DNA from: Candidatus Brennerbacteria bacterium
GTDB lineage: Bacteria; Patescibacteriota; Minisyncoccia; UBA6257; GWB1-50-10
Assembly: GCA_016183535.1 (NCBI GenBank)
Contig: JACPEK010000002.1
Location: 1,382 to 65,381 of the forward strand
Length of the DNA stretch: 64,000 nt
Direction of reading: 5' to 3'
Below the pieces are notes generated by a model, which was not told the DNA's origin, ran no database searches, and saw only the letters and a program-made list of their open reading frames with translations. The position numbers and the translations under genes were made by a program. Shown one piece after another: positions 1 through 9,612 of this stretch. How positions within the stretch are numbered: the stretch's first letter is position 1; every line of letters begins with the position of its first letter.

Positions 1-9
1 TAATGTTTT

Positions 10-81
10 TGCGGGGAAGTGTAACGGTTGCACGTCTGGCTCATAACCAGAAGGCAGTGGGTTCAATTCCCGCCCCCGCAA
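10..81 (+). tRNA. tRNA-Met(CAT), initiator-like acceptor stem
   Basis: Cloverleaf: TGCGGGG/CCCCGCA acceptor stem, anticodon arm TCTGG-CTCATAA-CCAGA, T loop GTTCAATTC; no encoded CCA. Confidence 0.9.
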
Positions 82-85
82 CAAA

Positions 86-1225
86 ATGAGGAAAATAAAT
101 ATAGATTTTCCGGAAGCGCAAGAACTTGGCGCAGAACTTTTAAAACGCACGGATCCCGAAGGACTCCGCCTGGCACGCTTTCTCGCGATGCCGGATCTTT
201 CGCGGAAGGAAGGAAATCCCATTGCGGAGATTGTGAATCGGATATTGGCGAGTCCGTACTTTAAAGATTTAGACCTCATCAAAACGCCCGAGATCGTGCC
301 GGCCTCCGTGAGTTTTGATCTCTTCGATTTTCCCGCCGATCACCCCGCCCGGAGCCCTTCCGACACCTACTACGTGAATCATGAGCGCATCTTGCGCCCT
401 CACACTACCGTGATGTGGTATTACTACCTTCTTGATGAGGAAGTGAAACAACGCATCGCCGCCAACAAACCCGTCGGATGTTTCAGCTTCGGGAAAGTAT
501 ATCGCCGTGACGAGATAGATCGTAATCACATGAACGTGTTCCATCAGATTGACGGGTGGTATTTGGCTCCTCAAGCAGTGAAGACAATAGGCGTGAAAGA
601 GCTCGAAGAGGCACTCGGCGCTATCGCAACGGCGGTGTTCGGGTCGAGTGTGAGATATCGCCTGAACGAGGACACCTTCCCGTACACCCACCCTTCTCGC
701 GAGATGGAGGTGGAGATTAAAGGGAAGTGGGTGGAGGTGGTCGGATGCGGCGTGGTGAAGGGAAGTGTACTCGAAAAACTCGGGGTCGACCCCTCGAACT
801 ACACGGGATGGGCGTTCGGGTTCGGATTGGAGCGGCTCGCGATCGCGAGTATGGAGCTTCCGGATATCCGTCTCTTGTGGTCCGAAGATCCGCGGGTAAC
901 GCGTCAGCTGAAACTGGGGAATGAATACAAGGAAGTGAGTAAATTTCCCCCCATCACGCGCGATATCTCGTTCGTGGTGGGAAAGAATTTCGTGCCGAAC
1001 GATTATTTTGATCTCATCCGCGATATCGGCGGCGATTTAGTCGAAGAGGTGTCGCTTCTTGATAAGTACGAGGATGCCGGTAAGTTCGGCGCCGATAAAG
1101 TAAGCCATACCTATCGGACGGTATATCGCTCGAACGAGCGAACCCTCACCGCGGAGGAAATCAATGCGATACATGAGAACATTACGCGGGAAACGAAAGA
1201 ACGGTTCGGCGCGGAGGTGCGCTGA
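86..1225 (+). CDS. pheS: Phenylalanyl-tRNA synthetase, single chain (alpha catalytic core plus C-terminal FDX-ACB anticodon-binding domain)
   Basis: HPARSPSDTYY, motif 2 YRRDEIDRNHMNVFHQIDG, FPYTHPS, motif 3 GWAFGFGLERLA; C-terminal SKFPPITRDISF...YRSNERTLT is FDX-ACB-like. Confidence 0.9.
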   Translation: MRKINIDFPEAQELGAELLKRTDPEGLRLARFLAMPDLSRKEGNPIAEIVNRILASPYFKDLDLIKTPEIVPASVSFDLFDFPADHPARSPSDTYYVNHERILRPHTTVMWYYYLLDEEVKQRIAANKPVGCFSFGKVYRRDEIDRNHMNVFHQIDGWYLAPQAVKTIGVKELEEALGAIATAVFGSSVRYRLNEDTFPYTHPSREMEVEIKGKWVEVVGCGVVKGSVLEKLGVDPSNYTGWAFGFGLERLAIASMELPDIRLLWSEDPRVTRQLKLGNEYKEVSKFPPITRDISFVVGKNFVPNDYFDLIRDIGGDLVEEVSLLDKYEDAGKFGADKVSHTYRTVYRSNERTLTAEEINAIHENITRETKERFGAEVR

Positions 1226-1242
1226 AGGGCGAGCGTGAGACG

Positions 1243-1677
1243 ATGAAGTCATTCATGAAATTTTTCGACAGGGCGGAGGACAAAATGCGTGGTTGGTTGA
1301 GCCACTATCCGATCCTCTACGGTATCGTCGGCGGGGTCGGCACGGTGCTCATGTGGCGCGGTATCTGGCATACGGCCGATTTCTTTTCGGCGCGCTACGT
1401 GCACGGTGGTATGGAGGCCGGGCCCGGCACGGTAAGCTATCCGTTTTTGTGGGACGGTTTCCTCTCTCTCGTTGTGGGATTTATCATGTTGCTCGCGACC
1501 GGCCTTTTCGTCGCCAGTTTTATCGGTGATCACATCTTGATTTCCGGACTCCGCCGCGAGAAGAAAATTGCGGAGAAGACCGAGGAAGAAGTGGAGGAGG
1601 AAGCACAGAAGCTTGCGAGCATGAAGAACCAACTCGATCGCATCGAAAAGTCTCTCGAAGAGTTGAAGAAAAAATAA
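1243..1677 (+). CDS. Hypothetical membrane protein (2 TM, coiled-coil C-terminus)
   Basis: 144-aa ORF with two hydrophobic segments, directly after pheS. Confidence 0.7.
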   Translation: MKSFMKFFDRAEDKMRGWLSHYPILYGIVGGVGTVLMWRGIWHTADFFSARYVHGGMEAGPGTVSYPFLWDGFLSLVVGFIMLLATGLFVASFIGDHILISGLRREKKIAEKTEEEVEEEAQKLASMKNQLDRIEKSLEELKKK

Positions 1678-1681
1678 CGTT

Positions 1682-3835
1682 CTATTCGAAATGCACCGTC
1701 CGGGCAAACGCCTCAAGACGGTTTTTGAGCGCGGGATAACGCGAGAGGGCTGGATCTTTTCCGGTGAGCGCTTCGGCGGCCGTGCGCGCTTTCGGTATGA
1801 GCGCGGGATGCTGGAGCGCTTTCATCGCAACATCCGGCATGCCGGTCTGTATGGTGCCGAGGAATTCACCGGGGCCGCGGAGTTTTAGGTCTTCCTCCGC
1901 GAGTTCAAAACCGTTCTTTGCCCGCGTCACCGCTTCGAGGCGTTTTTTCGTCGCCTCGGACGGTGAGCCGGTGAAGAGGAAAAAGAAAGACTGGTGAGTG
2001 CCGCGTCCCACGCGTCCGCGGAACTGGTAGAGTTGGGCGAGACCGAAACGTTCCGCGCTCTCCACCACCATAATGGTCGCGTTCGGCACGTCGACGCCGA
2101 CCTCGATGACGGCGGTCGAAACAAGAATGTCGATGGCGCCCTTCGCAAAGCGATCCATGATCTCGATCTTCTCCTTCGCTTTAAGCTTTCCGTGGAGCAT
2201 GGTAACTCGGAGATCGGGGAACACCTTTTCTGAAAGTTTTTCGTATTCCTCGGTTACATTTTTCATCTCTAATAACGAATATTCACGAATGCGCGCACGA
2301 ATTTCACGAATGTCATTCGTGGTATTAGCGTCCAATTCGTGTTCATTTGTAATCCTAGGGCAGACGACGAATACTTGCCGCCCGCGTTTCACGAATTCCT
2401 TAATGAACGCGTAAGCCTTCAAGCGGTCTGCGGGCGCCACAACCTTCGTTGTTATCTCTTTCCTTCCCTTCGGGAGCTCCGTTATCTGCGAAACGGCAAG
2501 ATTTCCGAAAAGGGTAAGCGCGAAGGTGCGCGGGATAGGCGTCGCGGACATAGAGAGGAAGTGTGGCGTCATGCCCTCCCGCGCGAGCGCCGCACGTTGC
2601 GAAACGCCGAATCGGTGTTGTTCGTCGACGACAACAAGCGCAAGGCGCGGAAATGCAACGTTTTGAGCTATGAGTGCATGGGTTCCTATCACGATTGCTA
2701 TCTCACCGTGTTTCAGCATGCTTCGCATTTCCTCTTTTTTCGCGTTGCGCTCCAGTCCGTCGCCGAGGAAGATGCGCGCGCCGCTCCCTGTGAGGAGTCC
2801 GATGCCGCCCTCGAAGTCGGCAAAGAATCCTTTGAGGGTCGTGTAGTGCTGGCGGGCGAGTATTTCGGTCGGTGCCATGAACGCGGTTTGATATTCCGTT
2901 TCCGCCGCCGCCCGTGCCGCGATTGCGGCGACGACAGTCTTCCCCGATCCGACGTCGCCCTGCAGAAGCCGGTTCATTGGATGCGGGCGGGCGATGTCCG
3001 CGAGAATATCGTCGAGCGCCTTCGTTTGTGTTTCGGTGAGCGTGAAAGGAAGCGCGCCCATTAATTCTTTGCGGCGTTTTTCGGCGAGTGGAATGACAGG
3101 GGCGCGTTCTTTCGCGAGTCGCGCGCGCTCGCGCGCGTTTATAAGTTCGAGGAGAAAAAGATCTTCGAATGCGAACCGCCGCTTCGCGACCTCCGCTTCG
3201 GAAAGTTTGTCGGGGAAGTGAATAGCGTGGAGCGCGGAACCGAGTGAAGGGAACCCTTCTTGCTCCAAAAGCTCCTCCGAAAGGATGTCTTCTGCAGAGG
3301 TATTCTCAAGGATCGGTCGCAGGATGTAGCGGATACCCTTTGAAGTGAGTCCGTGGGTTTCGGGGTAGACCGGAACGATGCGTGCGGTGTGCGTGGGATC
3401 GTGTGGTGAGTAGTGGGTGGTGAGTAGTTCGTAGGCGGGATTCGAGAAATAAATCTCGCCGTTATCGTTTTCCGATACTTTGCCGGAAATATTTATCCGC
3501 ACGCCGGGTCGGAGCGTGTTTTTAAGATATGGCTGGTTCCACCACACCGCGCGAATGGAATTCTCGCCGTCGGTAATAATCGTTTCGGTCAGATAATGGG
3601 TGCGGCCCCACGTTTTCCGGCCGTTCACCTCGTAGATATCGCCTTGAATCGTCGCATCCTGACCGGGTTCGAGCTCTGCGATGCGGTACACACGTGAATA
3701 GTCCTCATAGCGAGAAGGGAAATGATAGAGAAGATCGCGGACGGTCGCAATTTTCAGACGCTTCAAGGCCGCGAGGTACCGCGGCGCGATGCCATGGATC
3801 GACGCGAGTGGGGTCTCGAGCGTGAGTACACCCAT
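1682..3835 (-). CDS. recG: ATP-dependent DNA helicase RecG
   Basis: RLLQGDVGSGKT, DEQHRFG, MSATPIPRT, QFRGRVGRG, DLKLRGPGE motifs. Confidence 0.97.
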   Translation of the reverse strand: MGVLTLETPLASIHGIAPRYLAALKRLKIATVRDLLYHFPSRYEDYSRVYRIAELEPGQDATIQGDIYEVNGRKTWGRTHYLTETIITDGENSIRAVWWNQPYLKNTLRPGVRINISGKVSENDNGEIYFSNPAYELLTTHYSPHDPTHTARIVPVYPETHGLTSKGIRYILRPILENTSAEDILSEELLEQEGFPSLGSALHAIHFPDKLSEAEVAKRRFAFEDLFLLELINARERARLAKERAPVIPLAEKRRKELMGALPFTLTETQTKALDDILADIARPHPMNRLLQGDVGSGKTVVAAIAARAAAETEYQTAFMAPTEILARQHYTTLKGFFADFEGGIGLLTGSGARIFLGDGLERNAKKEEMRSMLKHGEIAIVIGTHALIAQNVAFPRLALVVVDEQHRFGVSQRAALAREGMTPHFLSMSATPIPRTFALTLFGNLAVSQITELPKGRKEITTKVVAPADRLKAYAFIKEFVKRGRQVFVVCPRITNEHELDANTTNDIREIRARIREYSLLEMKNVTEEYEKLSEKVFPDLRVTMLHGKLKAKEKIEIMDRFAKGAIDILVSTAVIEVGVDVPNATIMVVESAERFGLAQLYQFRGRVGRGTHQSFFFLFTGSPSEATKKRLEAVTRAKNGFELAEEDLKLRGPGEFLGTIQTGMPDVAMKALQHPALIPKARTAAEALTGKDPALSRYPALKNRLEAFARTVHFE
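2273..2353. repeat. ACGAAT/ATTCGT imperfect palindrome inserted in frame in recG
   Basis: Repeated ACGAAT followed by repeated ATTCGT; encodes ITNEHELDANTTNDIREIRARIREYSL. Confidence 0.7.
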
Positions 3836-3898
3836 AAATGGCGGATAGTATAGCTGATTTTCTGTTTCTTTTCCATAAAAAACGGGTAGCGTGAATTT

Positions 3899-3973
3899 TC
3901 ACGCTACCCACCGAGAACATCCTTCATCGCAGTGTGCAACTGCGCGCAACATCCACTTGCGGGCCCATCTCAT
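3899..3973 (-). CDS. Putative 24-aa small ORF MRWARKWMLRAVAHCDEGCSRWVA
   Basis: Strong SD AGGAGGAGGT just upstream; hairpin GGGTAGCGTGA/TCACGCTACCC plus T-run overlaps the stop. Confidence 0.35.
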   Translation of the reverse strand: MRWARKWMLRAVAHCDEGCSRWVA

Positions 3974-4038
3974 TTCAACCACCTCCTCCTTCCCAAGGTT
4001 CTGTGTTTACTCTAGCAAACGCGTCAAGAGCGTCTTTG

Positions 4039-4111
4039 TCCGCCCCCTGGGAGTCGAACCCAGAACCTTATCGTTAAGAGCGATCTGCTCTGCCAGTTGA
4101 GCTAGGGGCGG
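4039..4111 (-). tRNA. tRNA-Lys(CTT)
   Basis: Reverse complement CCGCCCCTAGCTCAACTGGCAGAGC...ATCG-CTCTTAA-CGAT...GGTTCGACTCC...GGGGCGGA. Confidence 0.92.
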
Positions 4112-4230
4112 GACGGAAAACAGTATATCCGATATACTGGAATCAGTTCAACTTTTGTGGTGAGCAATATCTGTGAATGTGGCTTTTTATTTTGCCGCCC
4201 GCGATTTTTGGGGATACAATCCATTTATAG

Positions 4231-4305
4231 GCCCCTGTGGTGAAATGGATATCACGACTGCCTTCGAAGCAGTTATTGGGGGTTCGAATCCCTCCGGGGG
4301 CACCA
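4231..4305 (+). tRNA. tRNA-Arg(TCG)
   Basis: GCCCCTG/CGGGGGC acceptor stem, ACTGC-CTTCGAA-GCAGT anticodon arm, encoded CCA. Confidence 0.93.
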
Positions 4306-4310
4306 CCCAT

Positions 4311-5822
4311 ATGAAATTCACTATTCCGCACGAGGTGAAAACCATTGCGGAGACGCTCAAAAAGAACGGCCACCAGGCGTACTTGGTGGGCGGGTGTCTT
4401 CGTGATCTTCTCCTGAAGCGCGCGCCCAAAGACTGGGACGTGGCGACCAACGCACTACCCGACGAAATACAGAAAATCTTTTCTCGAACCGAAGACGAGA
4501 CCCCGACCGGCAACGGAGGGGCCGGAACCGTGTATGAAAACACGTTTGGCACGGTGGGCGTGAAGACAGAATCCGACGATCCGACGTTGAAGATTGTGGA
4601 GATTACCACCTTTCGTGTCGAAGGGCGTTATACCGATTTGCGACACCCCGATGAGGTGAGGTTTGCAAGGACGATTGAGGAGGATCTTGCCAGGCGCGAC
4701 TTCACGATAAATTCAGTCGCGCTGGAATTACCAATTACCAATTACCAATTACTAAAAATTGTTGATCCTTTCGGCGGCCAAGAGGATTTGAAAAATAAAA
4801 CTATTCGCGCCGTCGGTGATCCCGCGAAGCGCTTCGAAGAAGATGCACTCCGCCTTATGCGCGCGGTGCGGCTTGCCACGGAGCTCGGGTTTGAGATTGA
4901 GGCGAGGACAAAAGAAGCAATCCGTCGGCGCGCGGCGCTTCTCGAGGCGATTGCGAAAGAGCGTATCCGAGACGAGTTTGTAAAACTTATAATGAGCGAC
5001 CGCGCGGCCGAGGGCGTCATAGCGATGGAAGATCTCGGGCTTTTGAGGTTTGTGGCGCCTGAACTCCGCGAGGGGATAGGATGCGGCCAGAACAAGCATC
5101 ATATCTACACCGTGTTCGATCACAACGTGCGCGCCCTGAACTACGCGGCAGAGAAGAAATATTCATTCGAGGTGCGCCTCGCCTCGCTCCTCCACGATGT
5201 AGGGAAGCCGAAAACGAAGCGTGGCGACGGGCCGGACTCCACGTTCTACAACCACGAGGTCGTAGGCGCAAAGATGGCGGCGGTAATTATGGATCGTTTG
5301 CGGTTCGGGAATGATGTTGCGGAGCGCGTGGTGCACCTCGTGCGACACCATCTTTTCTACTACAACGTGGGTGAAGTGTCGGAGGCGGGCGTGCGGCGAT
5401 TTATCGCGCGGGTGGGGCCGGAGTACATTGAGGATCTTCTGAAAATTCGGGAGGCGGATCGCATCGGTTCCGGCGTGCCGAAGGCGTTTCCCTACAAGCT
5501 CCGCCATCTCCTTTTTATGATGGAGAAAGTGAAAAAAGATCCCATCCACCCGAAGATGCTCGCGGTGAAAGGGGACGACATAATGGCGATTCTCGGTATC
5601 CCGCCGGGGCCGAAAATCGGGAAAATTCTTGGGGTGCTTCTCGAAGAAGTGCTCGACGATCCAAAGCACAACGCGCGCGAATACCTTGAGCCCCGCGTAA
5701 AAGAACTCGCCGCGCTGAAAGATGAGGAATTGGAAACTCTTGCGCGTACCGCCCGCGAGAAAAAGAACGAATTCGAAAGCGGACTTGAGGAAGAGATGAA
5801 AAAAAGATACTACGTGAAATGA
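4311..5822 (+). CDS. cca: CCA tRNA nucleotidyltransferase with HD domain
   Basis: LVGGCLRD, DWDVAT, RRDFTIN, EDALRLMRAVR, LLHDVGK; start taken at MKFT after the tRNA. Confidence 0.9.
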   Translation: MKFTIPHEVKTIAETLKKNGHQAYLVGGCLRDLLLKRAPKDWDVATNALPDEIQKIFSRTEDETPTGNGGAGTVYENTFGTVGVKTESDDPTLKIVEITTFRVEGRYTDLRHPDEVRFARTIEEDLARRDFTINSVALELPITNYQLLKIVDPFGGQEDLKNKTIRAVGDPAKRFEEDALRLMRAVRLATELGFEIEARTKEAIRRRAALLEAIAKERIRDEFVKLIMSDRAAEGVIAMEDLGLLRFVAPELREGIGCGQNKHHIYTVFDHNVRALNYAAEKKYSFEVRLASLLHDVGKPKTKRGDGPDSTFYNHEVVGAKMAAVIMDRLRFGNDVAERVVHLVRHHLFYYNVGEVSEAGVRRFIARVGPEYIEDLLKIREADRIGSGVPKAFPYKLRHLLFMMEKVKKDPIHPKMLAVKGDDIMAILGIPPGPKIGKILGVLLEEVLDDPKHNAREYLEPRVKELAALKDEELETLARTAREKKNEFESGLEEEMKKRYYVK

Positions 5823-5870
5823 GATCCGACCCCCGCACTCTTATGAGAAAATCGACAGGTTGGTTTGCTA

Positions 5871-6254
5871 CTAAAACCTGAACCATTCTCTCACTGATCG
5901 GGGCCATCCTACGATGAAAAGCAACGCCAAAGGCGTTCCCCAGTTCGCGGCTCGTTCTACAAAATCCAGCCATCCTACGCCCACGAGCGGTCTCACAAGC
6001 GCGGTCCAGAATGCCCAAAGAGTAGCACCAAGGAGAATTGCGGGGAATGGACGGAGAAGTATCACGAGCGCCGCCGTAACATCGAGAATTCCTATTGCGA
6101 GCAGGAGCTGTTTTGCAAGTATGGGATCAGCGACACCGAATTGCTGGATCCAGGCGATCCAGTCAGCTTTTCCGCCGACCGCGAGAAGTCCGTGGCCGAT
6201 GAATTCTCCCGCAACCGCTATTCGTAAAATCCACTCGACGGTTTTAGTACCCAT
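5871..6254 (-). CDS. Membrane protein, DoxX-like
   Basis: LRIAVAGEFIGHG start, about four hydrophobic segments. Confidence 0.65.
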   Translation of the reverse strand: MGTKTVEWILRIAVAGEFIGHGLLAVGGKADWIAWIQQFGVADPILAKQLLLAIGILDVTAALVILLRPFPAILLGATLWAFWTALVRPLVGVGWLDFVERAANWGTPLALLFIVGWPRSVREWFRF

Positions 6255-6327
6255 ACATGAATTGTAACAAATCCCCGCATCTCCGATTGTGTTTTTTTAC
6301 GGAAAAAGGTTAAATAAGCATCGGTAG

Positions 6328-6401
6328 CGGGGCATAGTATAATGGCAGTACGCGGGGTTCGGGACTCCGTAGCTTGGGTTCGATTCCCAATGCCCCGACC
6401 A
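6328..6401 (+). tRNA. tRNA-Pro(CGG)
   Basis: CGGGGCA/TGCCCCG acceptor stem, CGGGG-TTCGGGA-CTCCG anticodon arm, encoded CCA. Confidence 0.93.
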
Positions 6402-6511
6402 TGGGTTTCGTATCGATTTCATCGATATCAACCCTCGTTCGGGAAAAAAAGAAGATAGCAGTATTTTCTTTTATTCTCGTTTTTGACCCTATAGTAAGGT
6501 GGTATTATGCG

Positions 6512-6586
6512 GTCCCGCCCACACTACTTTGTATAGCGGGATTGCGATTGGTAGATAGAAACCTTACGATTTCTATACCAATCGGA
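6512..6586. repeat. Twin-hairpin element GTCCCG[..]CGGGAT-TGCGA[..]TCGGA, copy 1
   Basis: Two adjacent hairpins; same scaffold at 32854-32888 and 44218-44374. Confidence 0.55.
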
Positions 6587-6638
6587 AACATTCGCACCGT
6601 GCCCCGCGCTCAATTTCGCCATAGCTCTTTCCAACGAA

Positions 6639-6712
6639 GGGCCTATGGTTCAGTGGTAGAACACGGCATTCGCATTGCCGGGACGGCGGTTCGATTCCGC
6701 CTAGGTCCACCA
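6639..6712 (+). tRNA. tRNA-Ala(CGC)
   Basis: GGGCCTA/TAGGTCC with G3:U70, CGGCA-TTCGCAT-TGCCG anticodon arm, encoded CCA. Confidence 0.93.
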
Positions 6713-6897
6713 GAAGGCGAAATTTTAGTGCGGGGTTGCCGTCGAGTTCGCGAGGAAGTGGCGGGGCGATTATTGTCCGAGCGTACGATTTTGGTTAGAG
6801 TCACCACGCGCTTCACGCATGGAATGTCAGCCAGGATTCTACTGGAAGTAAATCCGAACTTTTTGGTATAATGACCACCAAAGTTTATTTACGCCAC

Positions 6898-7323
6898 ATG
6901 AATAAAAAAACTCTTCTGTTTGTTCTCGGCGGCGTGGTCGCGCTCGCCGCGCTCTATTTTATTTTCATGTATAGCACGAATGTGCGGACGCTCGCGGACG
7001 GATTGAAAATTGAAGATATTGTGGCGGGAACTGGGGTGGAAGCGGTTGCGGGGAAATTAATTTCCGTGCACTACACCGGCTGGCTTGCCGACGGGAAAAA
7101 ATTCGACAGCTCATACGACCACGGCGCACCGTTCTCGTTTCAGCTTGGGTCCGGGCAGGTCATTAAAGGTTGGGACGAAGGGGTGGCGGGCATGAAGGTC
7201 GGCGGGAAGCGAAAACTGACCATTCCGCCGGAATTGGGGTATGGTGGCGCGAATGTGGGCGGCGGCCTCATCCCGCCGAACTCCACGCTCGTATTCGAAG
7301 TGGAACTTTTGTCTCTAGAGTAG
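6898..7323 (+). CDS. FKBP-type peptidyl-prolyl isomerase with N-terminal membrane anchor
   Basis: VHYTGWLADGKKFDSS, VIKGWDEG, IPPELGYG, IPPNSTLVFEVEL. Confidence 0.95.
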   Translation: MNKKTLLFVLGGVVALAALYFIFMYSTNVRTLADGLKIEDIVAGTGVEAVAGKLISVHYTGWLADGKKFDSSYDHGAPFSFQLGSGQVIKGWDEGVAGMKVGGKRKLTIPPELGYGGANVGGGLIPPNSTLVFEVELLSLE

Positions 7324-7497
7324 AGCAAGGCAATCTCTTGCTTTTTTTCGTCGGGCATGGTACGATTTTCATGTCTTTCGTAAATATAAGCACTCCATAA
7401 TGGTGCGCGGTCGAACGAGAGAAGTAAGTTAAAAAAGCATTGCTTGAGCGCGTAGGATTCTTCTCAAAGTTTCACAGCGCACTTGCAGCAGAAGGAA

Positions 7498-7818
7498 ATG
7501 GCGAAACGACTTTATGTAGGGAACCTGCCCTACTCGACGAACGAGTCCGAACTCAAGGATATGTTCGCGGAGGCAGGAACCGTGTCGTCTGCCACCGTCA
7601 TCACCGACAAATTCTCCGGCCGTTCAAAAGGCTTCGGGTTTGTCGAGATGTCGTCCGACTCGGAAGCTGATGCCGCCGTTGAGAAACTCAATGGCCGGGA
7701 CATCGGCGGTCGGAAACTTACGGTCAACGAAGCTCGCCCCCGCGAGGAAGGAAGCGCCGGGGGTCGTGGTGGCTTTGGTGGTGGCCGTGGGTTCGGTGGA
7801 GGATACGACCGGGGTTAA
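7498..7818 (+). CDS. RRM RNA-binding protein with Gly-rich tail
   Basis: RNP2 LYVGNL and RNP1 KGFGFVEM. Confidence 0.95.
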   Translation: MAKRLYVGNLPYSTNESELKDMFAEAGTVSSATVITDKFSGRSKGFGFVEMSSDSEADAAVEKLNGRDIGGRKLTVNEARPREEGSAGGRGGFGGGRGFGGGYDRG

Positions 7819-7834
7819 CCTAACCTCTATACTT

Positions 7835-7874
7835 ACCCCGCCTGTCCAATGGACAGGCGGGGTTTGTGTTTTTT
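7835..7874 (+). terminator. Intrinsic terminator
   Basis: ACCCCGCCTGTCCA/TGGACAGGCGGGGT hairpin followed by a T-rich tract. Confidence 0.8.
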
Positions 7875-7900
7875 ACGATGCGGGCATTACACTCTAAACA

Positions 7901-9604
7901 ATGACGCGCGATGTGGAACGCCTCAAGGAGAAGCTCGATATTGTCGAGGTGGTGCGCGGTTATCTCCCGCTTCGGCCTGCGGGAAAAAATTTTTTGGCGC
8001 TGTGTCCTTTCCATTCGGAAAAAACCCCCTCGTTCATCGTATCGCCTGATCGGAAGTCATGGCACTGTTTTGGTTGCGGCGCGGGGGGCGACGCGATCTC
8101 CTTCGTGATGCGTTATGAGAATATGGAGTTCCCGGAGGCTCTTAAGTTTCTCGCGGAGAAGGTCGGGCTCACACTTCAGTCGCTCAATCCTGCCCATGAG
8201 CGCGAGTTTGGCGTGCTCTATACACTCCACGACGAGGCGCGTGCGTTCTATGAACGGGAACTCGTGAAATCCGAGGAGGCGAAACAGTATCTGAAATCGC
8301 GTGGATTGACAGGCGAAACCGCGAAGGCGTTCGGACTCGGATTTGCGCCAGGCGGCGAAACTCTTACGCTCCATCTGATCAAAAAAGGGTTCGCGGTAGA
8401 TGATATCGTCCGCGCAGGATTTGCGGTGAAGTCCGGCGGACTCCACCGTGATCGGTTCGAAAACCGCGTAATGTTTCCGCTCATGAACGCGGTGGGACGC
8501 GTGGTGGCGTTTACGGGTCGTATCCTTCCTTCAGGTGATAAGGAAGGGATAGGGAAATATGTGAATAGCCCCGAAACCCCTATTTTCTCCAAATCCAAAA
8601 TTCTCTACGGCCTGCATCTTACCAAGCACGAGATTGCGAAAAAACGCGAGGTGGTGTTTGTGGAGGGGCAAATGGATTTTCTGATGAGCTGGCAGGCGGG
8701 AATAAAGAACGTGGTGGCGGTATCGGGTACGGCCTTGACCGCTCATCACCTTGAGCGTTTACGGCGCATCGCGGACGCGGTAACGCTTTCTTTCGACAGC
8801 GACGAAGCGGGTCTCCGCGCGCTTGAGCGGGCGATGGATATTTTCCACGCATTTGATTTCCACGTGAAAGCTATGGATCTTGCGGGCGCAAAAGACCCCG
8901 CCGAGCTGGCGGTAAAAAATCCCTCGGCGCTTGTCGCCGCCGCGGCGCAGGCAGTGCCCGCTTTTCGCCTTCTCTTTGCTCATTATTTTCCCTCTCGCCC
9001 CTCGGAAAAAGGTGAGGGGCGCGACACGGCTGGTATGAAGCGCGTCATCCGCGCACTTTTGGGAAAGGTAAAGAAACTTCCGAGCGCGGTGGAACAGATG
9101 GCGACGATAAAAGAGCTTGCCGTCGCCTCTGATCTCTCCGAAACGGCGCTCCTCGAGGAATTCGAGTCTGTTCCGGTGGATGCGAAACCGGTGCCGGTTG
9201 CCGACCTGACGCCCGAACGGGAAGCGGAAGGGAGAGTGGAGATGCTTGCAAACCGCCTCGGCACAATCGCCTTTGCGGATCAGAATTTTTTTGCTATAAT
9301 TGCGGCGAACAAAGAATGGCTTCCGGACTATGTGCGCCGGGCCGTTGAAGAGCCGGCTTCCCAGTCGGCACACGCGTTCGAGATGCAGGCGTCGTATCTC
9401 GCCGCGAAGCTTCCGAAAGAAGCGCTTGATCGCGAATGTAATGAATTAGTGAAGCAACTCAAGATCGCCGTTTTGAAGCGGCGGCAGGAAAGCGCGCGGC
9501 GAGACGTGCGTCTCGCCGAAACCCGCGGCGATGAGAAAACGCTCGAGGAAGCGATGAAACATTTCCAGTCGCTCGCCGCGGAATTGCACGCGCTTGTTCT
9601 CTAG
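7901..9604 (+). CDS. dnaG: DNA primase
   Basis: CHC2 zinc finger [11 protein letters not shown]...[24 protein letters not shown] and FDSDEAG. Confidence 0.97.
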   Translation: MTRDVERLKEKLDIVEVVRGYLPLRPAGKNFLALCPFHSEKTPSFIVSPDRKSWHCFGCGAGGDAISFVMRYENMEFPEALKFLAEKVGLTLQSLNPAHEREFGVLYTLHDEARAFYERELVKSEEAKQYLKSRGLTGETAKAFGLGFAPGGETLTLHLIKKGFAVDDIVRAGFAVKSGGLHRDRFENRVMFPLMNAVGRVVAFTGRILPSGDKEGIGKYVNSPETPIFSKSKILYGLHLTKHEIAKKREVVFVEGQMDFLMSWQAGIKNVVAVSGTALTAHHLERLRRIADAVTLSFDSDEAGLRALERAMDIFHAFDFHVKAMDLAGAKDPAELAVKNPSALVAAAAQAVPAFRLLFAHYFPSRPSEKGEGRDTAGMKRVIRALLGKVKKLPSAVEQMATIKELAVASDLSETALLEEFESVPVDAKPVPVADLTPEREAEGRVEMLANRLGTIAFADQNFFAIIAANKEWLPDYVRRAVEEPASQSAHAFEMQASYLAAKLPKEALDRECNELVKQLKIAVLKRRQESARRDVRLAETRGDEKTLEEAMKHFQSLAAELHALVL

Positions 9605-9612
9605 TTTTTACC

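Noticed and set aside
4173-4310. N-terminal extension of cca in the ORF track, and ORF 6374-6871
   Set aside because: Both overlap tRNA genes; the real cca start is downstream at 4311.
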